Source of the DNA: Planctomycetota bacterium
GTDB taxonomy: Bacteria > Planctomycetota > UBA1135 > UBA2386
DNA length: 64,000 bases
Reading direction: 5' to 3'
Assembly: GCA_947501605.1 (NCBI GenBank)
Contig: CANMWZ010000015.1
Location: 33,953-97,952 of the forward strand
Within the stretch, counting starts at the first letter, position 1. The number at the start of each line of letters is the position of its first letter. Positions 7,825 through 17,415 of the stretch are shown here, in pieces. Made by a program: the position numbers and the translations under genes. The notes under the pieces are model-generated. The model ran no database searches. It was not told the DNA's origin and worked only from the letters and a program-made list of their open reading frames with translations.

Positions 7825-10551
7825 CTACTTCGTCTCTTTGAGGAAGCCATCGCAGATCTCCCGCAGGTATCCAGCGGCGACACTCGGACCGAGGTTGTCG
7901 CGGTAGACCTGCCACCGCGCGCAGCCCTCGCGCAACGCCGCCGCGGCAGTCGGGTCCCCGGGCTTCAGTTCGCGCCTCGCCCACAGCAAGGCAACCTCTG
8001 CCTCGATGCACGTCGGGGGCGTCATTCTCTTCGAGAACTCTGCGAACTGTTCGCAGTACGCGAGCTTCTCCTCGACCGTCCACGACTGCACCTGCGCAGC
8101 GAGCTTGGTCGCGGAGAACCAAAACACGCGGCTCGCCGACTCCTCGTCTTCGCCATCGGCTGCGAGCGGACGCTGGCACTGCGACGCTGCGAGCGCGAGG
8201 TGCGCATACGGGTCCATCGATCCGCGCGCATCCCACTCGAAGCCGGCAAACTGGGTCAGAAAGAGGATTGGCGCCGTGTAGACCTTGGGATCCGCCTTGA
8301 CCCGCATCAGCTCGTCGAGGAACTCGGCACAGACAACGTCGAAGCGGCCCCGCAGTGGCCCGTCTAGTTCCGAATCGCCGCGCCCGATCTCTTGCGTGAA
8401 CCGCTTCGCCAGCTGCGGCTCGAACTCGGCAGCCTCGCGGAAGCGCACAACCACGCGGTGCATCGCCTCGGAGTCGGTGTCCGCCTGCCGAACCTGAACG
8501 CGGAAGCCAGCTGCCGCCTCGATCAACACCATCGCGGGCCGCTCCGCGGCTTCTGGCGCGAGCCCAGACTCGGCCAGCCGATCCTCGATCACCCCGAGTG
8601 CCTTTGCGGGGTCCCCAGTCTGCAGGCGGACCAGCGCGAGCAACGTCGCGACCATGTTGGCAGCGAAGCGATCCGTGGCGGTCTCGCGCAGCGTCTTTGC
8701 CAGTGCCATATCGAGGCGCACGAGCGCCTCTCGCATCTCCTCTTGACGAGCGAGCGCAATCGCCATCGTTGCCGGTCGCCTGACGCCGCTGAACATCGGC
8801 GTTGCCGACTGGCCAAACTCCTCGTCCTGAAAGGTCTCGCCGACGCGATCGCAGGACGAGGCTTCGAGGAGGAGCATCGCGCGGCAACACAAGGTGTCGA
8901 CCTTCAGGTTGGCAAAGTCGCGCGATGCATCTACAGCCAGCGTGCGCGAAGCCGTCGCATCACCCGCCTTGGTCTGCTTGCACTCGACGAGCGTCATCAA
9001 TGCGTCAAGGTGTCGCACACGCTCATCGTTGCGCGATGCCTCCGGCAAGCTACGAAGGACCCGCAACGCGTCGCCTTCGGAGCCGGACCGCAGGTGGTAG
9101 AAGGCGTTCTGCACCACGAGCTCGATGCGCGTCTCCGGACTCATCGCGACCCCGGAAGCGAGATGCATGCCCGCCATCGCGCCAACACGACCCGTCACGG
9201 TTGCAGCCACCATGTTGGTCGGCACCAACGCCGCGCGCTGGAACACGGCCCTGGTCAAACCTGGCGAAACCGCGGTCAGCGTGCCCAGATAGAGGTCTTC
9301 GTACTCTTGGTCGCCGTGAAACTCTGACTGCATGCGCAGGGCCAGGGCCAATGCCGCTGTTGCATCCCCTGCATCGCCCGCAATCCCTGCCTCGCACTGC
9401 GCCCGAAACGCCGCCAACGCGGCGCGCCTTTCCCACCAACCCTGGCCAACAACGAGCAGCGCCGCCATCACCACACCAGCGCCGGCGATCGCCGGCCACC
9501 GACGCATCACGGCCACCGCCAGCTTCTCGCGGGCAAACACTGGTCCCTTTCCTGCCAGCAACCGCGAGAGGTCCGTCGCCAAGTCCTTGGCACTCGCATG
9601 GCGCTTGGCCGGGTCCTTCTGGAGCGCCTTCGCGAACACGCAGTCAAAGCCCTTGGGCAGCGAACGCGCCACCGCTGAGAGCGGCTTGACGATGCCGAAG
9701 GCAATCTCGCGAAACACCCCCACGCCCCGTTCGTCGGCGAGCACCAGCTTGCGACCGCTCAACAACTCGTAGAAGCACGCGGCGAGGCTGTAGATGTCCG
9801 AGCGCCCGTCGAGCTGGGTCATCGCCAGAACCTGCTCCGGGCTCATGTACGGAACGGTGCCCGCCAACGCATCGACGATCGGGTCCGTCGACACATCGAG
9901 CGACAGCCCAAAGTCGATCACGTAGGGAAACCCATCCTCGGCGATCATCACGTTCGACGGCTTCACGTCGCGGTGGACGATGCCGTGTTCGTGCATTGCG
10001 TGCAGCGCCAGCGCGAGGTCGCGCATCCACGCCAGGTAGCGCAGTCCGTCCTTCGGCGAGAGCGGCGTGGTGGCATCGTCCCACCGCTGCTCGAAGACCT
10101 CGCGCAGCGTCTGGCCGCGGACGAGTTGCATCGCCATCCACGCGAGACCGTGGTCGACACCGTGATCGTAGACCTGCACCACTCCGCGGTGGTCGATGCT
10201 GCCGAGCGCCGAAGCTTCTTCGCGCAGCACGTGGGCGAGATCCGATCCGGCCGGCGCCGTCTTGATCGCGACGGCCTTGCCGGTCGTGGCATGAACGCCG
10301 CGATAGACCGTGCCCATACCACCGCGGCCGATCGGCGCTTCGACGCGGTAGGGGCCGAGCTGCGTCGGGGGCTCCGTTGCCACGAACCGCTGCGCCTCGT
10401 TCGCCAACCGTGCCGACAGGCTCGTCAGGACCTTGCTCGCGGTGCGCTGGAACTCGTCGTCCAACCCGTCGCCGAGAAAGTGATGCAACAGCTCCGGCGG
10501 AACAGACGCGCCCACAATCGGGCCCACGGACGGTTCATGGTGGCGTGACAC
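7825..10551 (-). CDS. Hanks-type Ser/Thr protein kinase with TM helix and large helical C-terminal region
   Basis: GRGGMGTVY, VAIK, HRDVKPSN, DFG, GTVPYMSPEQ, SDIYSL motifs; TM AIAGAGVVMAALLVVG. Confidence 0.92.
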   Translation of the reverse strand: MSRHHEPSVGPIVGASVPPELLHHFLGDGLDDEFQRTASKVLTSLSARLANEAQRFVATEPPTQLGPYRVEAPIGRGGMGTVYRGVHATTGKAVAIKTAPAGSDLAHVLREEASALGSIDHRGVVQVYDHGVDHGLAWMAMQLVRGQTLREVFEQRWDDATTPLSPKDGLRYLAWMRDLALALHAMHEHGIVHRDVKPSNVMIAEDGFPYVIDFGLSLDVSTDPIVDALAGTVPYMSPEQVLAMTQLDGRSDIYSLAACFYELLSGRKLVLADERGVGVFREIAFGIVKPLSAVARSLPKGFDCVFAKALQKDPAKRHASAKDLATDLSRLLAGKGPVFAREKLAVAVMRRWPAIAGAGVVMAALLVVGQGWWERRAALAAFRAQCEAGIAGDAGDATAALALALRMQSEFHGDQEYEDLYLGTLTAVSPGLTRAVFQRAALVPTNMVAATVTGRVGAMAGMHLASGVAMSPETRIELVVQNAFYHLRSGSEGDALRVLRSLPEASRNDERVRHLDALMTLVECKQTKAGDATASRTLAVDASRDFANLKVDTLCCRAMLLLEASSCDRVGETFQDEEFGQSATPMFSGVRRPATMAIALARQEEMREALVRLDMALAKTLRETATDRFAANMVATLLALVRLQTGDPAKALGVIEDRLAESGLAPEAAERPAMVLIEAAAGFRVQVRQADTDSEAMHRVVVRFREAAEFEPQLAKRFTQEIGRGDSELDGPLRGRFDVVCAEFLDELMRVKADPKVYTAPILFLTQFAGFEWDARGSMDPYAHLALAASQCQRPLAADGEDEESASRVFWFSATKLAAQVQSWTVEEKLAYCEQFAEFSKRMTPPTCIEAEVALLWARRELKPGDPTAAAALREGCARWQVYRDNLGPSVAAGYLREICDGFLKETK

Positions 10552-10656
10552 GAGTTCCCGATCGAGGCGATCCCTCGTCAGGAGAGGGCGAGATGGATCG
10601 CGCCGAGACTGTAGTCCCTGCCGCGAGCACCGGTCAACCGCTGGGCTCCTGCCGAC

Positions 10657-11358
10657 TCACCCGCCGGCGCCCATCCCCTCCAGCACTTTGTCCACCGCCG
10701 CGACCAGCAACTGATAGCTCGCGAGCTGCCCTTCCCTGAACACGGTCGCGCTGCGCAGCAGGTTGCGAAACTCGTTCTGCGGCGCCAGCGCGCGGAACGC
10801 CTCGTGGTAGCCGCTCGCTGAGGCGCCGCTCATCTCGACTTGGAAGCTCGGCCCGTGCGCATCCAGGTACGGGAACAGGCGCTCCAGGACGAAGCTGCGG
10901 TTGACTGCGTCCCATTCGGTCGCAATCGGATAGATGCGGTCGTAGAGGGCAATGATCTGGTGCAGCAGGAGCTTGTCGCGCAGGAGTCGCGAGCCCCCGA
11001 GTTGTTGCAGCTCGAGATAGGTCGAACGCGACGGGGCAAACGACACATAGCCAAGCGCTACGTCCATCGCGGCGTCGAGTTCGCGTTCGCTCAGGGCTGC
11101 CGTGTCGGGCTGGAGCAGACGGCGAACACTGGCGATGTCCTGCTCGATTCGCGTTCGGCGCTTCAGCAACTCGGCACGGTCGACGCGCAGCTCAGCAACG
11201 AGTCCTCGCAGCAGCCGCGTCTCTTGCTTGCGGTCCTCCCGCTGGTCGCGCCATTCTTGCAACCAGAACGAGATCGTGATGCCGAGCACGACGACCAGGA
11301 GTTCGAGGACGAGTTTGCCGCGCAGGCCGCGGGAAGGCGCCGGAGTCGCGTGGGACAT
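10657..11358 (-). CDS. DUF6090-like membrane-anchored hypothetical protein
   Basis: LELLVVVLGITISFWLQEWRDQRED N-terminus and STYLELQQLGGSRLLRD motif. Confidence 0.65.
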   Translation of the reverse strand: MSHATPAPSRGLRGKLVLELLVVVLGITISFWLQEWRDQREDRKQETRLLRGLVAELRVDRAELLKRRTRIEQDIASVRRLLQPDTAALSERELDAAMDVALGYVSFAPSRSTYLELQQLGGSRLLRDKLLLHQIIALYDRIYPIATEWDAVNRSFVLERLFPYLDAHGPSFQVEMSGASASGYHEAFRALAPQNEFRNLLRSATVFREGQLASYQLLVAAVDKVLEGMGAGG

Positions 11359-11512
11359 CGCGACAAGACTAGTGCAAGGAGCCACTGCCACGAAACCAAC
11401 CTAGCACGCCGGGATTCCGTGATGGGTAAGGGGCGGCGCTCGCGGACTCCCTTGCGACCGGCAGGCCCGACCACGGGCGGTGCCGCCTTCCCCCCCGCAG
11501 GAGATCCCGATC

Positions 11513-12322
11513 ATGGCCACCGCGACCATCCATCACCCGGAAAGCCCCGCGCTCCGCGAGCGCCTGCTGCAGCTGTCGAAGCGCACTCATCACGAAGGCC
11601 TCTGCCGTATCGCCGAGCGCACCTCGCCGCTCGATGGCAGCCCACTGCAAACCGATCTCGATTGCAGTGATTGGCTCAGCACGAGCCTGATGAACGTGTT
11701 CAAGACAACCGGCGATGCCGAAGCATTCGCCCTGTTGTTCGAACTCAACTCGGCTGATTTCCTGCGCACGATTCGAGCGCGGCTGCGCAACTGCAGTGGT
11801 GTCGATGCCAACGACGTGCTGCAGGACGCCTTCGTCAACATGTTTCGCTACCCGAGCCGCTTCGACCCCTCGCGTCCCGATGCGTTCCGCAACTGGGGCC
11901 ATCGCATCGTGCGCAACACGACGTTCGCGAGTATCCGTGGCCTGCAGCGGCAACCCCAGGCACTGATCGCCGACGACGAATTCTTGCCACAGGTCGACAC
12001 CAACACAGTGGCGCCCGAGCTCGCGGCCGCCAACCACGAGATCGCTGCGACCGTCGATCAGGCGTGGCTGCTGTTCTTGTCGCTCTATCTCGTGGAGTTT
12101 GGCCGCCTCAGCCAGAAGGAACAGCGCGCGTTGACCCTCGTCGAGGTCGAGAGGAACAGCTATCGCGAGACCGCGGCTCAGCTCGGCGTCTGCATCGCCA
12201 ACCTGAAGATGGTGATCTTCCGGGCCAGAAAGCGTGTGGCCCGCGGCCTCGCCGAAGCACTGGCGGCACTTGACCGCCAGGAGTGCATCGTCGCTTCACC
12301 GAAGCTCGCCATTGCCGGCTGA
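11513..12322 (+). CDS. ECF RNA polymerase sigma-70 factor with N-terminal extension
   Basis: AGGAG SD before ATG 11513; GDAEAFALLF, DANDVLQDAFVN, SYRETAAQLG...KMVIFRARKR. Confidence 0.88.
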   Translation: MATATIHHPESPALRERLLQLSKRTHHEGLCRIAERTSPLDGSPLQTDLDCSDWLSTSLMNVFKTTGDAEAFALLFELNSADFLRTIRARLRNCSGVDANDVLQDAFVNMFRYPSRFDPSRPDAFRNWGHRIVRNTTFASIRGLQRQPQALIADDEFLPQVDTNTVAPELAAANHEIAATVDQAWLLFLSLYLVEFGRLSQKEQRALTLVEVERNSYRETAAQLGVCIANLKMVIFRARKRVARGLAEALAALDRQECIVASPKLAIAG

Positions 12323-12437
12323 GTGCCAAGAAGTGGCTTCGTCAGCAGACCTGCGCACGAAGCAGTGCGCCGGCGGCAAAGGGCAAGGAGTGGACTCGCA
12401 GCGGCAGCCACGGGGGTTACTTGGCACCCACCTCGAC

Positions 12438-14552
12438 TCAGCGCGGCATGACCGCCCACCATTCGGCGCTGCCCCAGGTAGTGGGCGCCCCGAGACCGGT
12501 GACGATTTGGTCGCAACGCCCGACCAGGGCGGGATCCAGTCCGCGATGCAGTTCGCGGCAGATCAGCACCGACGGAAAGATCCACTCCCAGAAGCTGATG
12601 CCGACCTGCACGTCCGGGCTGCCTTCGTAGTAGCTGCTCGCCGGCAGAGCCTGACCTTCTTGCGCACCTTGCAGATAGCGCACATTGGTGCACGCGACCC
12701 AGGTCCCGTTCCGGTTGTAGATGCAGTGGTTCACGATCATCTTCGAGACCTCCATCGCCATCTGCCGGTAGCGCGGGTCGCCGGTGACACGGTAGGCTGC
12801 GTAGTAGCCCATCGTGGCGATGCTGTGCTCCCAGACCACGATCGCTGGCACGGCACTGCCATCTTGTTCGCGGAAGGTCGGCGAGCTGCCGAGCGCCATC
12901 GCCCGGATCGGCCTCGTCGGGTCATTGACGAAGTTGCGGCCCGGCCAGATCGCGCGCAGATTGTCGATGCGCCTGCCCATGTGGATCAACAACGCCTGCC
13001 GCTCGGACTCCTCGTCGAGCAGCAACACCATGTTGCTCCAGGCCAGTTCCAGTCGGCCTTCGGCACGAGGCGAGTCGACGAAACCGGGCTGCTGCGTCAG
13101 ATCGATTTGGAGCAGATCCTTCTGCGCTTGGCGCAAGGCGTAGCTCCCGGTCAACGCGAGCTGCGCGTTGAGGTTGTTCTGCGAACGATGTTGATCGTCG
13201 ATCCCGGACCAACCGTTGGATGGCCAGCTGTACGGGAATGGGCACGGCAAGCCCAGCGTGTCGCCGGTCGTGCGGCAGTTGATGATCTGACTCCACGTGC
13301 GCAGATTCGGATGATTCACGGCCTGCAGTGGCGAGCCGTCGGCTTCGCGATAGTGGAAGGGCCGCCCGAACATCTCGTACATCGAGTAGCCCGCTTCCCA
13401 CAGGTAGCGCGGGTCACCGACAGTCACGGCAAGCGAGCCCTTGCAGGCGCCAAAGTCCTCTTGCCCACCGGTCGATCCCGCCTGCGGCGCCAGCCCTCTT
13501 GGTCGCGCTGCGTAGTAATCCCGCGTCGTGCTCAGGAGATTGCGAAAGGACGCGGCGCTCGCGTTGGCCGCATTCCAGCCGCCGTTCTGCTGGCCGGCCG
13601 GAACTTCGGGGACCCACCCGCAGGCGAGCCACTTGCCATTCCAGTTGTCGGCCACCGCAACCACGGGGCCGCGCGTCTCGGCGACAAAGTTGGTAGCGCG
13701 CTCCTCCGGGGTCAGCAACAGGGGCCGCGAGCCGTAGGGGAACGACAACGTGTCGACCGGCCGCCCCGGACTCGGCACGGCGAGGACCGTGCCACTGAAG
13801 AACATCTGCTCGCCGCGACCCATGGTTCGGCGCGGTGACAGGACCTGGATCCAGTTGCCAAAGCTGCTGTGCCACGGCCAGAAGTCCTGCCGCCCGGGGG
13901 GCTGCATGCCCTCGATGCGGCGATAGTCGAACGACATGAACTCCCCGGCCTCGACCCACATGGCCTCGAACTCGTAGCTGAGATCCGCGACACGAGGATC
14001 GCTGAAGGTCACCGTCATCTCGAACTTCATCACGTCCGACGTCGAGTAGAGGTAGATCCACTCATCGAAGATCAGCGGCGTCGTGCCGATGCGGGCACGC
14101 AGGTGAAACACGCGGCGCGCGCGGTTGTCCTCGACTTGCAAGAAGTGGATCACCGAGAGTCGATGCTCGATCCCATCCTTCATCACCCGCAGCCGCGGAA
14201 TGGTGGCGAACGAATCGTCGTCGACCCAAGGCGACGTGGCGAACGGCGGCATCTGCGCCGGGTCCGAGGTGATCGGCAGGAGCGGCGCGACGAACGACTG
14301 GTTCGGTTGCAGCTCGACGTAGGCGTGGAACATCTGCGAGTGCAGACCGACGCGAGCGCCCTTCAGGGCAACGAAGCCGCCGAGGTCACACTGCTCAGGC
14401 AGGTTGGCGCCATCGCTCAGCGGTACGGCGAAGTCGACCCACTGCTTGCGCGGCAGATCAGCGAGGTTGGTGACGCGCACATTTTGCGCCAGAAGTGGAA
14501 CAGACAGAACGGCGCCGACGAGCGCCATGAACCAGGTGGTGCGTTGGATCAT
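12438..14552 (-). CDS. Large secreted hypothetical protein (possibly carbohydrate-active, alpha/alpha-barrel C-terminus)
   Basis: Signal peptide MIQRTTWFMALVGAVLSVPLLAQ; Trp/Tyr-rich; WSGIDDQHRS and YAAYRVTGDPRY motifs. Confidence 0.7.
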   Translation of the reverse strand: MIQRTTWFMALVGAVLSVPLLAQNVRVTNLADLPRKQWVDFAVPLSDGANLPEQCDLGGFVALKGARVGLHSQMFHAYVELQPNQSFVAPLLPITSDPAQMPPFATSPWVDDDSFATIPRLRVMKDGIEHRLSVIHFLQVEDNRARRVFHLRARIGTTPLIFDEWIYLYSTSDVMKFEMTVTFSDPRVADLSYEFEAMWVEAGEFMSFDYRRIEGMQPPGRQDFWPWHSSFGNWIQVLSPRRTMGRGEQMFFSGTVLAVPSPGRPVDTLSFPYGSRPLLLTPEERATNFVAETRGPVVAVADNWNGKWLACGWVPEVPAGQQNGGWNAANASAASFRNLLSTTRDYYAARPRGLAPQAGSTGGQEDFGACKGSLAVTVGDPRYLWEAGYSMYEMFGRPFHYREADGSPLQAVNHPNLRTWSQIINCRTTGDTLGLPCPFPYSWPSNGWSGIDDQHRSQNNLNAQLALTGSYALRQAQKDLLQIDLTQQPGFVDSPRAEGRLELAWSNMVLLLDEESERQALLIHMGRRIDNLRAIWPGRNFVNDPTRPIRAMALGSSPTFREQDGSAVPAIVVWEHSIATMGYYAAYRVTGDPRYRQMAMEVSKMIVNHCIYNRNGTWVACTNVRYLQGAQEGQALPASSYYEGSPDVQVGISFWEWIFPSVLICRELHRGLDPALVGRCDQIVTGLGAPTTWGSAEWWAVMPR

Positions 14553-14990
14553 GCGGAACGGACGGAGGGAGAGGACCTGGGGGCTCCCGGCTGCTGCCGC
14601 CGTGCCGATCGCGGTGCGAACCGTCGTCCGTCCGTAGCAATCCGCATGGCACGCAAGCCGCCAGAGTCTGCCCGCAACTACGCACAAGGGGAGGTCCTCT
14701 GGTCCGACGGAATCGAAGTGCTGAGAACCGCATCCGAATGCCAGTGCGGGGCGGCACTTCGGCTGCTGCGGCGAGACTGCGTCAGACCAATCGAGCCACA
14801 ATTCTGAGCTCTCTGGCATCCGCGTTCTCGCCGTCCGACCCATAGGAACTGCGGCGCCGCTCCTTCCGGCAGGGCCGTCGACCGCTAGCGGCAAACCTGC
14901 AGCGCCGCCGATGCGAAGAACCGACGTGCTTTGCGTGAAGCCAGCATCGCCGAGCCGCGCCGCCACAGTCTCACGATCACTCGGCGCCGC

Positions 14991-16019
14991 TCAGCGGGGC
15001 GACTTCTTTGGCTCCAGCAACCACGTGTGCATCGTCGTCTCGATCTCCGTCCAGTGGACCTTGTAGTCCATCTTTGGCCCCATGTCGTAGCGTGCGATGC
15101 CCTCTTCGCACAGCCAGCGCAGTTGTTCCCATTGCAGCAGATTGCCGATCGACGACGAGTGCCACGCGTCGGCGTAGCTGAACTGCTGGCCGCGATAGAC
15201 CTGACCCGCGATCCCGCCAAACACGTAGCCGATGTCGAGGCCGTCGTGACGGGCGAACATCACCCGCGCCGACGCCGACCGCGAAAGGCGCAGCAGCATC
15301 GAGCGGTAGAACTCGCGCGAACCAGCCACCGCCATGCCACACTCGCCGATGCCTTTCCAACTGACCAACTCGGCCGCGATCATGCGCTCGTACAGCGCCA
15401 GAGCCATGACTTCGGTGTTCGGCACCTGACGTTCGAAGGTGATGGCCTGGTCGCGGGCCCGCCGCACCGTCTGCCGCAGTCGTCGCCGAAAGTGCGCCGA
15501 CCGCCGCGACAGCCAGCCGTCGAGGCCGCCAGCGAGCTTCGCGCTGCTCTGAACCGCAACATCGACCCGGTACAGCTCAAAGCGACGCTGGAAGCGCCGC
15601 CACAACGACTCGGCGAGTTCGCCGTCGGGCAAGACCCCACTGATGAGGACGGCATTCGGGCTCTGCGTCCCTGGCAGCGTGGCGAGGAGTGCATCGAGCA
15701 GATCGACGGCGCGCGCCCCGAGCAGCGGACAGCCAAAGCGCCAGCTCGCCTCAACGGGCTCCAGCACGCGACCGAGGTCCTGGTAGGTCCGCTCACAGAG
15801 CGCCACGACGCTGCCGCAACTCTCGACCACATGAACCGGCCGCTGCGGCAAGAAGACTTCGTGGAACGACAGCGCCCACTCGGTGCGGCAGCAGAACGGA
15901 TCGCCGTGGACGGTCGCTGCCGCGGCGCGATTCCACGCCGAGTCGGCGTGGTCCTCTTCGGCGAACGTGCCGTTGCGCATCCCGGCCCGCACGGCTGCAG
16001 CTTGCTCGTTCTTGCTCAT
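14991..16019 (-). CDS. GNAT-family N-acetyltransferase (CelD/BcsL-like)
   Basis: SAHFRRRLRQTVRR, SWKG, SSIGNLL, YDMGPKMDYKVHW motifs. Confidence 0.8.
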   Translation of the reverse strand: MSKNEQAAAVRAGMRNGTFAEEDHADSAWNRAAAATVHGDPFCCRTEWALSFHEVFLPQRPVHVVESCGSVVALCERTYQDLGRVLEPVEASWRFGCPLLGARAVDLLDALLATLPGTQSPNAVLISGVLPDGELAESLWRRFQRRFELYRVDVAVQSSAKLAGGLDGWLSRRSAHFRRRLRQTVRRARDQAITFERQVPNTEVMALALYERMIAAELVSWKGIGECGMAVAGSREFYRSMLLRLSRSASARVMFARHDGLDIGYVFGGIAGQVYRGQQFSYADAWHSSSIGNLLQWEQLRWLCEEGIARYDMGPKMDYKVHWTEIETTMHTWLLEPKKSPR

Positions 16020-16086
16020 GCGAGTTTGCCGTGCCCACGCTACGCCCGCAGTGCGGGGTCGGCAACGCGCCCGAGTGCGCCAGCCG

Positions 16087-17376
16087 CTACTTGTTCGTCT
16101 TCTCGGCGGCGTCCATCGCCTCGAGCTCGCGCTGCAGCCACTCACGCATCGTCACTGCCGTGCCGTCAGCGCCGAGCACCGTGTGCGGCTCGCCGGTCCG
16201 ACGCGACGTGCTGGCGACGTCGTCAACGAACGTCGCGACCGTGAGCTTGCGCCCGCTCGGCCCGCTCGCGGCCAGCGACAACGACCGCGCCGCCAAGAGG
16301 CCATCGAACTTGACTCCGTCTCGCAGGAAGGTGTCCCCGCTCGCGGCCACTCGACGGACCAATATCGCGATGCGATCTGGCATGTAGCCCGCGGCCGGTC
16401 GCACGAACAGTTCGGCATGGTCGTCGCCAATCAGGCGGTTCTGCAAGCGCTCGACGACCAGCACATAGCGCTCGTCCGCGACCGCGAACTCGACGGCCTC
16501 GCGTTCGAAGACCAAGCGATGCGCGAGGACCTCACGACCGTTCGCGTCGCGGATCTCGAGCTCGGTGCCCCCCATCGTGATGTCGCCGATCCTGACCACG
16601 AGCCAACCCCGACTGCCGGGCATGTAGGAGGCCTCGCGTTGGATCACCGAGAACTCGGCCGTGCCGTCGAGCGCGAGCCTTCGGGGCGCGAACTCGAACA
16701 CGAAGCTCGCGGGCACCCCGTCGAGCTCGGCCTCGACGCAGAGCTGCTCTGACTTCGCCACGAGCTCGCGCAACTGGTCGTCGAAGCGCAACTCCATGAC
16801 CTCGCTCTCCGCGACTCGGAGGAACGGCAGACGGTGCTCGGCCGAAGACGCCGTCGCCTTGTCAATTCGACCGCGCGGTGCACGGAGCTCGATCGCCGTG
16901 ATGCCTTCGCCGTCGAACCACGTCGAGGACAGCACGCTGCCGTCGTGAACAGTTCCCGAGTCGGTGCGCAGGCGACAGCCCAGCGAGGTCTCGCGCACGC
17001 CCTTCGCGACCCAGAGAATGGGCGCGCTCGAGACGGCGCCGATGCCCGAAGAATCCCCGTTCGCACCGGAAGCATGCACGAACAGCCGGCCGTGAGTGGC
17101 GCCTCGAGGCAGCATTGCTGCGACTTCGGGCGTGGCCAGGTTGAGTTGCCAACTCGTGGCCCCACTTCGGCGCATCGGGACCGTCGGGCCGCCGAGCAAT
17201 GCGCCGAGCGCGACAGCACGTGGGAAGCCCTGGACCTCGACCTCGAGCATCAGGTTGGAGCCGGGGTCCGCGGGCAGCACGACCTTCTGCGGCACCTGCA
17301 CGAGCCGGATCGCCAACTGCGCCGAGGCGGGCGAAAGGAGCAAGGACATGAGCCCGATGGCGCGGAACGCGATCAT
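16087..17376 (-). CDS. Secreted protein with C-terminal DUF5329-like domain
   Basis: Signal peptide; C-terminal ASGDTFLRDG...FVDDVASTSRRTGEPHTV...REWLQREL. Confidence 0.7.
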   Translation of the reverse strand: MIAFRAIGLMSLLLSPASAQLAIRLVQVPQKVVLPADPGSNLMLEVEVQGFPRAVALGALLGGPTVPMRRSGATSWQLNLATPEVAAMLPRGATHGRLFVHASGANGDSSGIGAVSSAPILWVAKGVRETSLGCRLRTDSGTVHDGSVLSSTWFDGEGITAIELRAPRGRIDKATASSAEHRLPFLRVAESEVMELRFDDQLRELVAKSEQLCVEAELDGVPASFVFEFAPRRLALDGTAEFSVIQREASYMPGSRGWLVVRIGDITMGGTELEIRDANGREVLAHRLVFEREAVEFAVADERYVLVVERLQNRLIGDDHAELFVRPAAGYMPDRIAILVRRVAASGDTFLRDGVKFDGLLAARSLSLAASGPSGRKLTVATFVDDVASTSRRTGEPHTVLGADGTAVTMREWLQRELEAMDAAEKTNK

Positions 17377-17415
17377 CGCAACAGCATACGGCCACCGCGC
17401 GCGGGCCCCTGCAGT

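Noticed and set aside
14630..14750. Sigma-54 promoters for the secreted protein gene
   Set aside because: One candidate lacks the invariant GG and the other has spacing off by one
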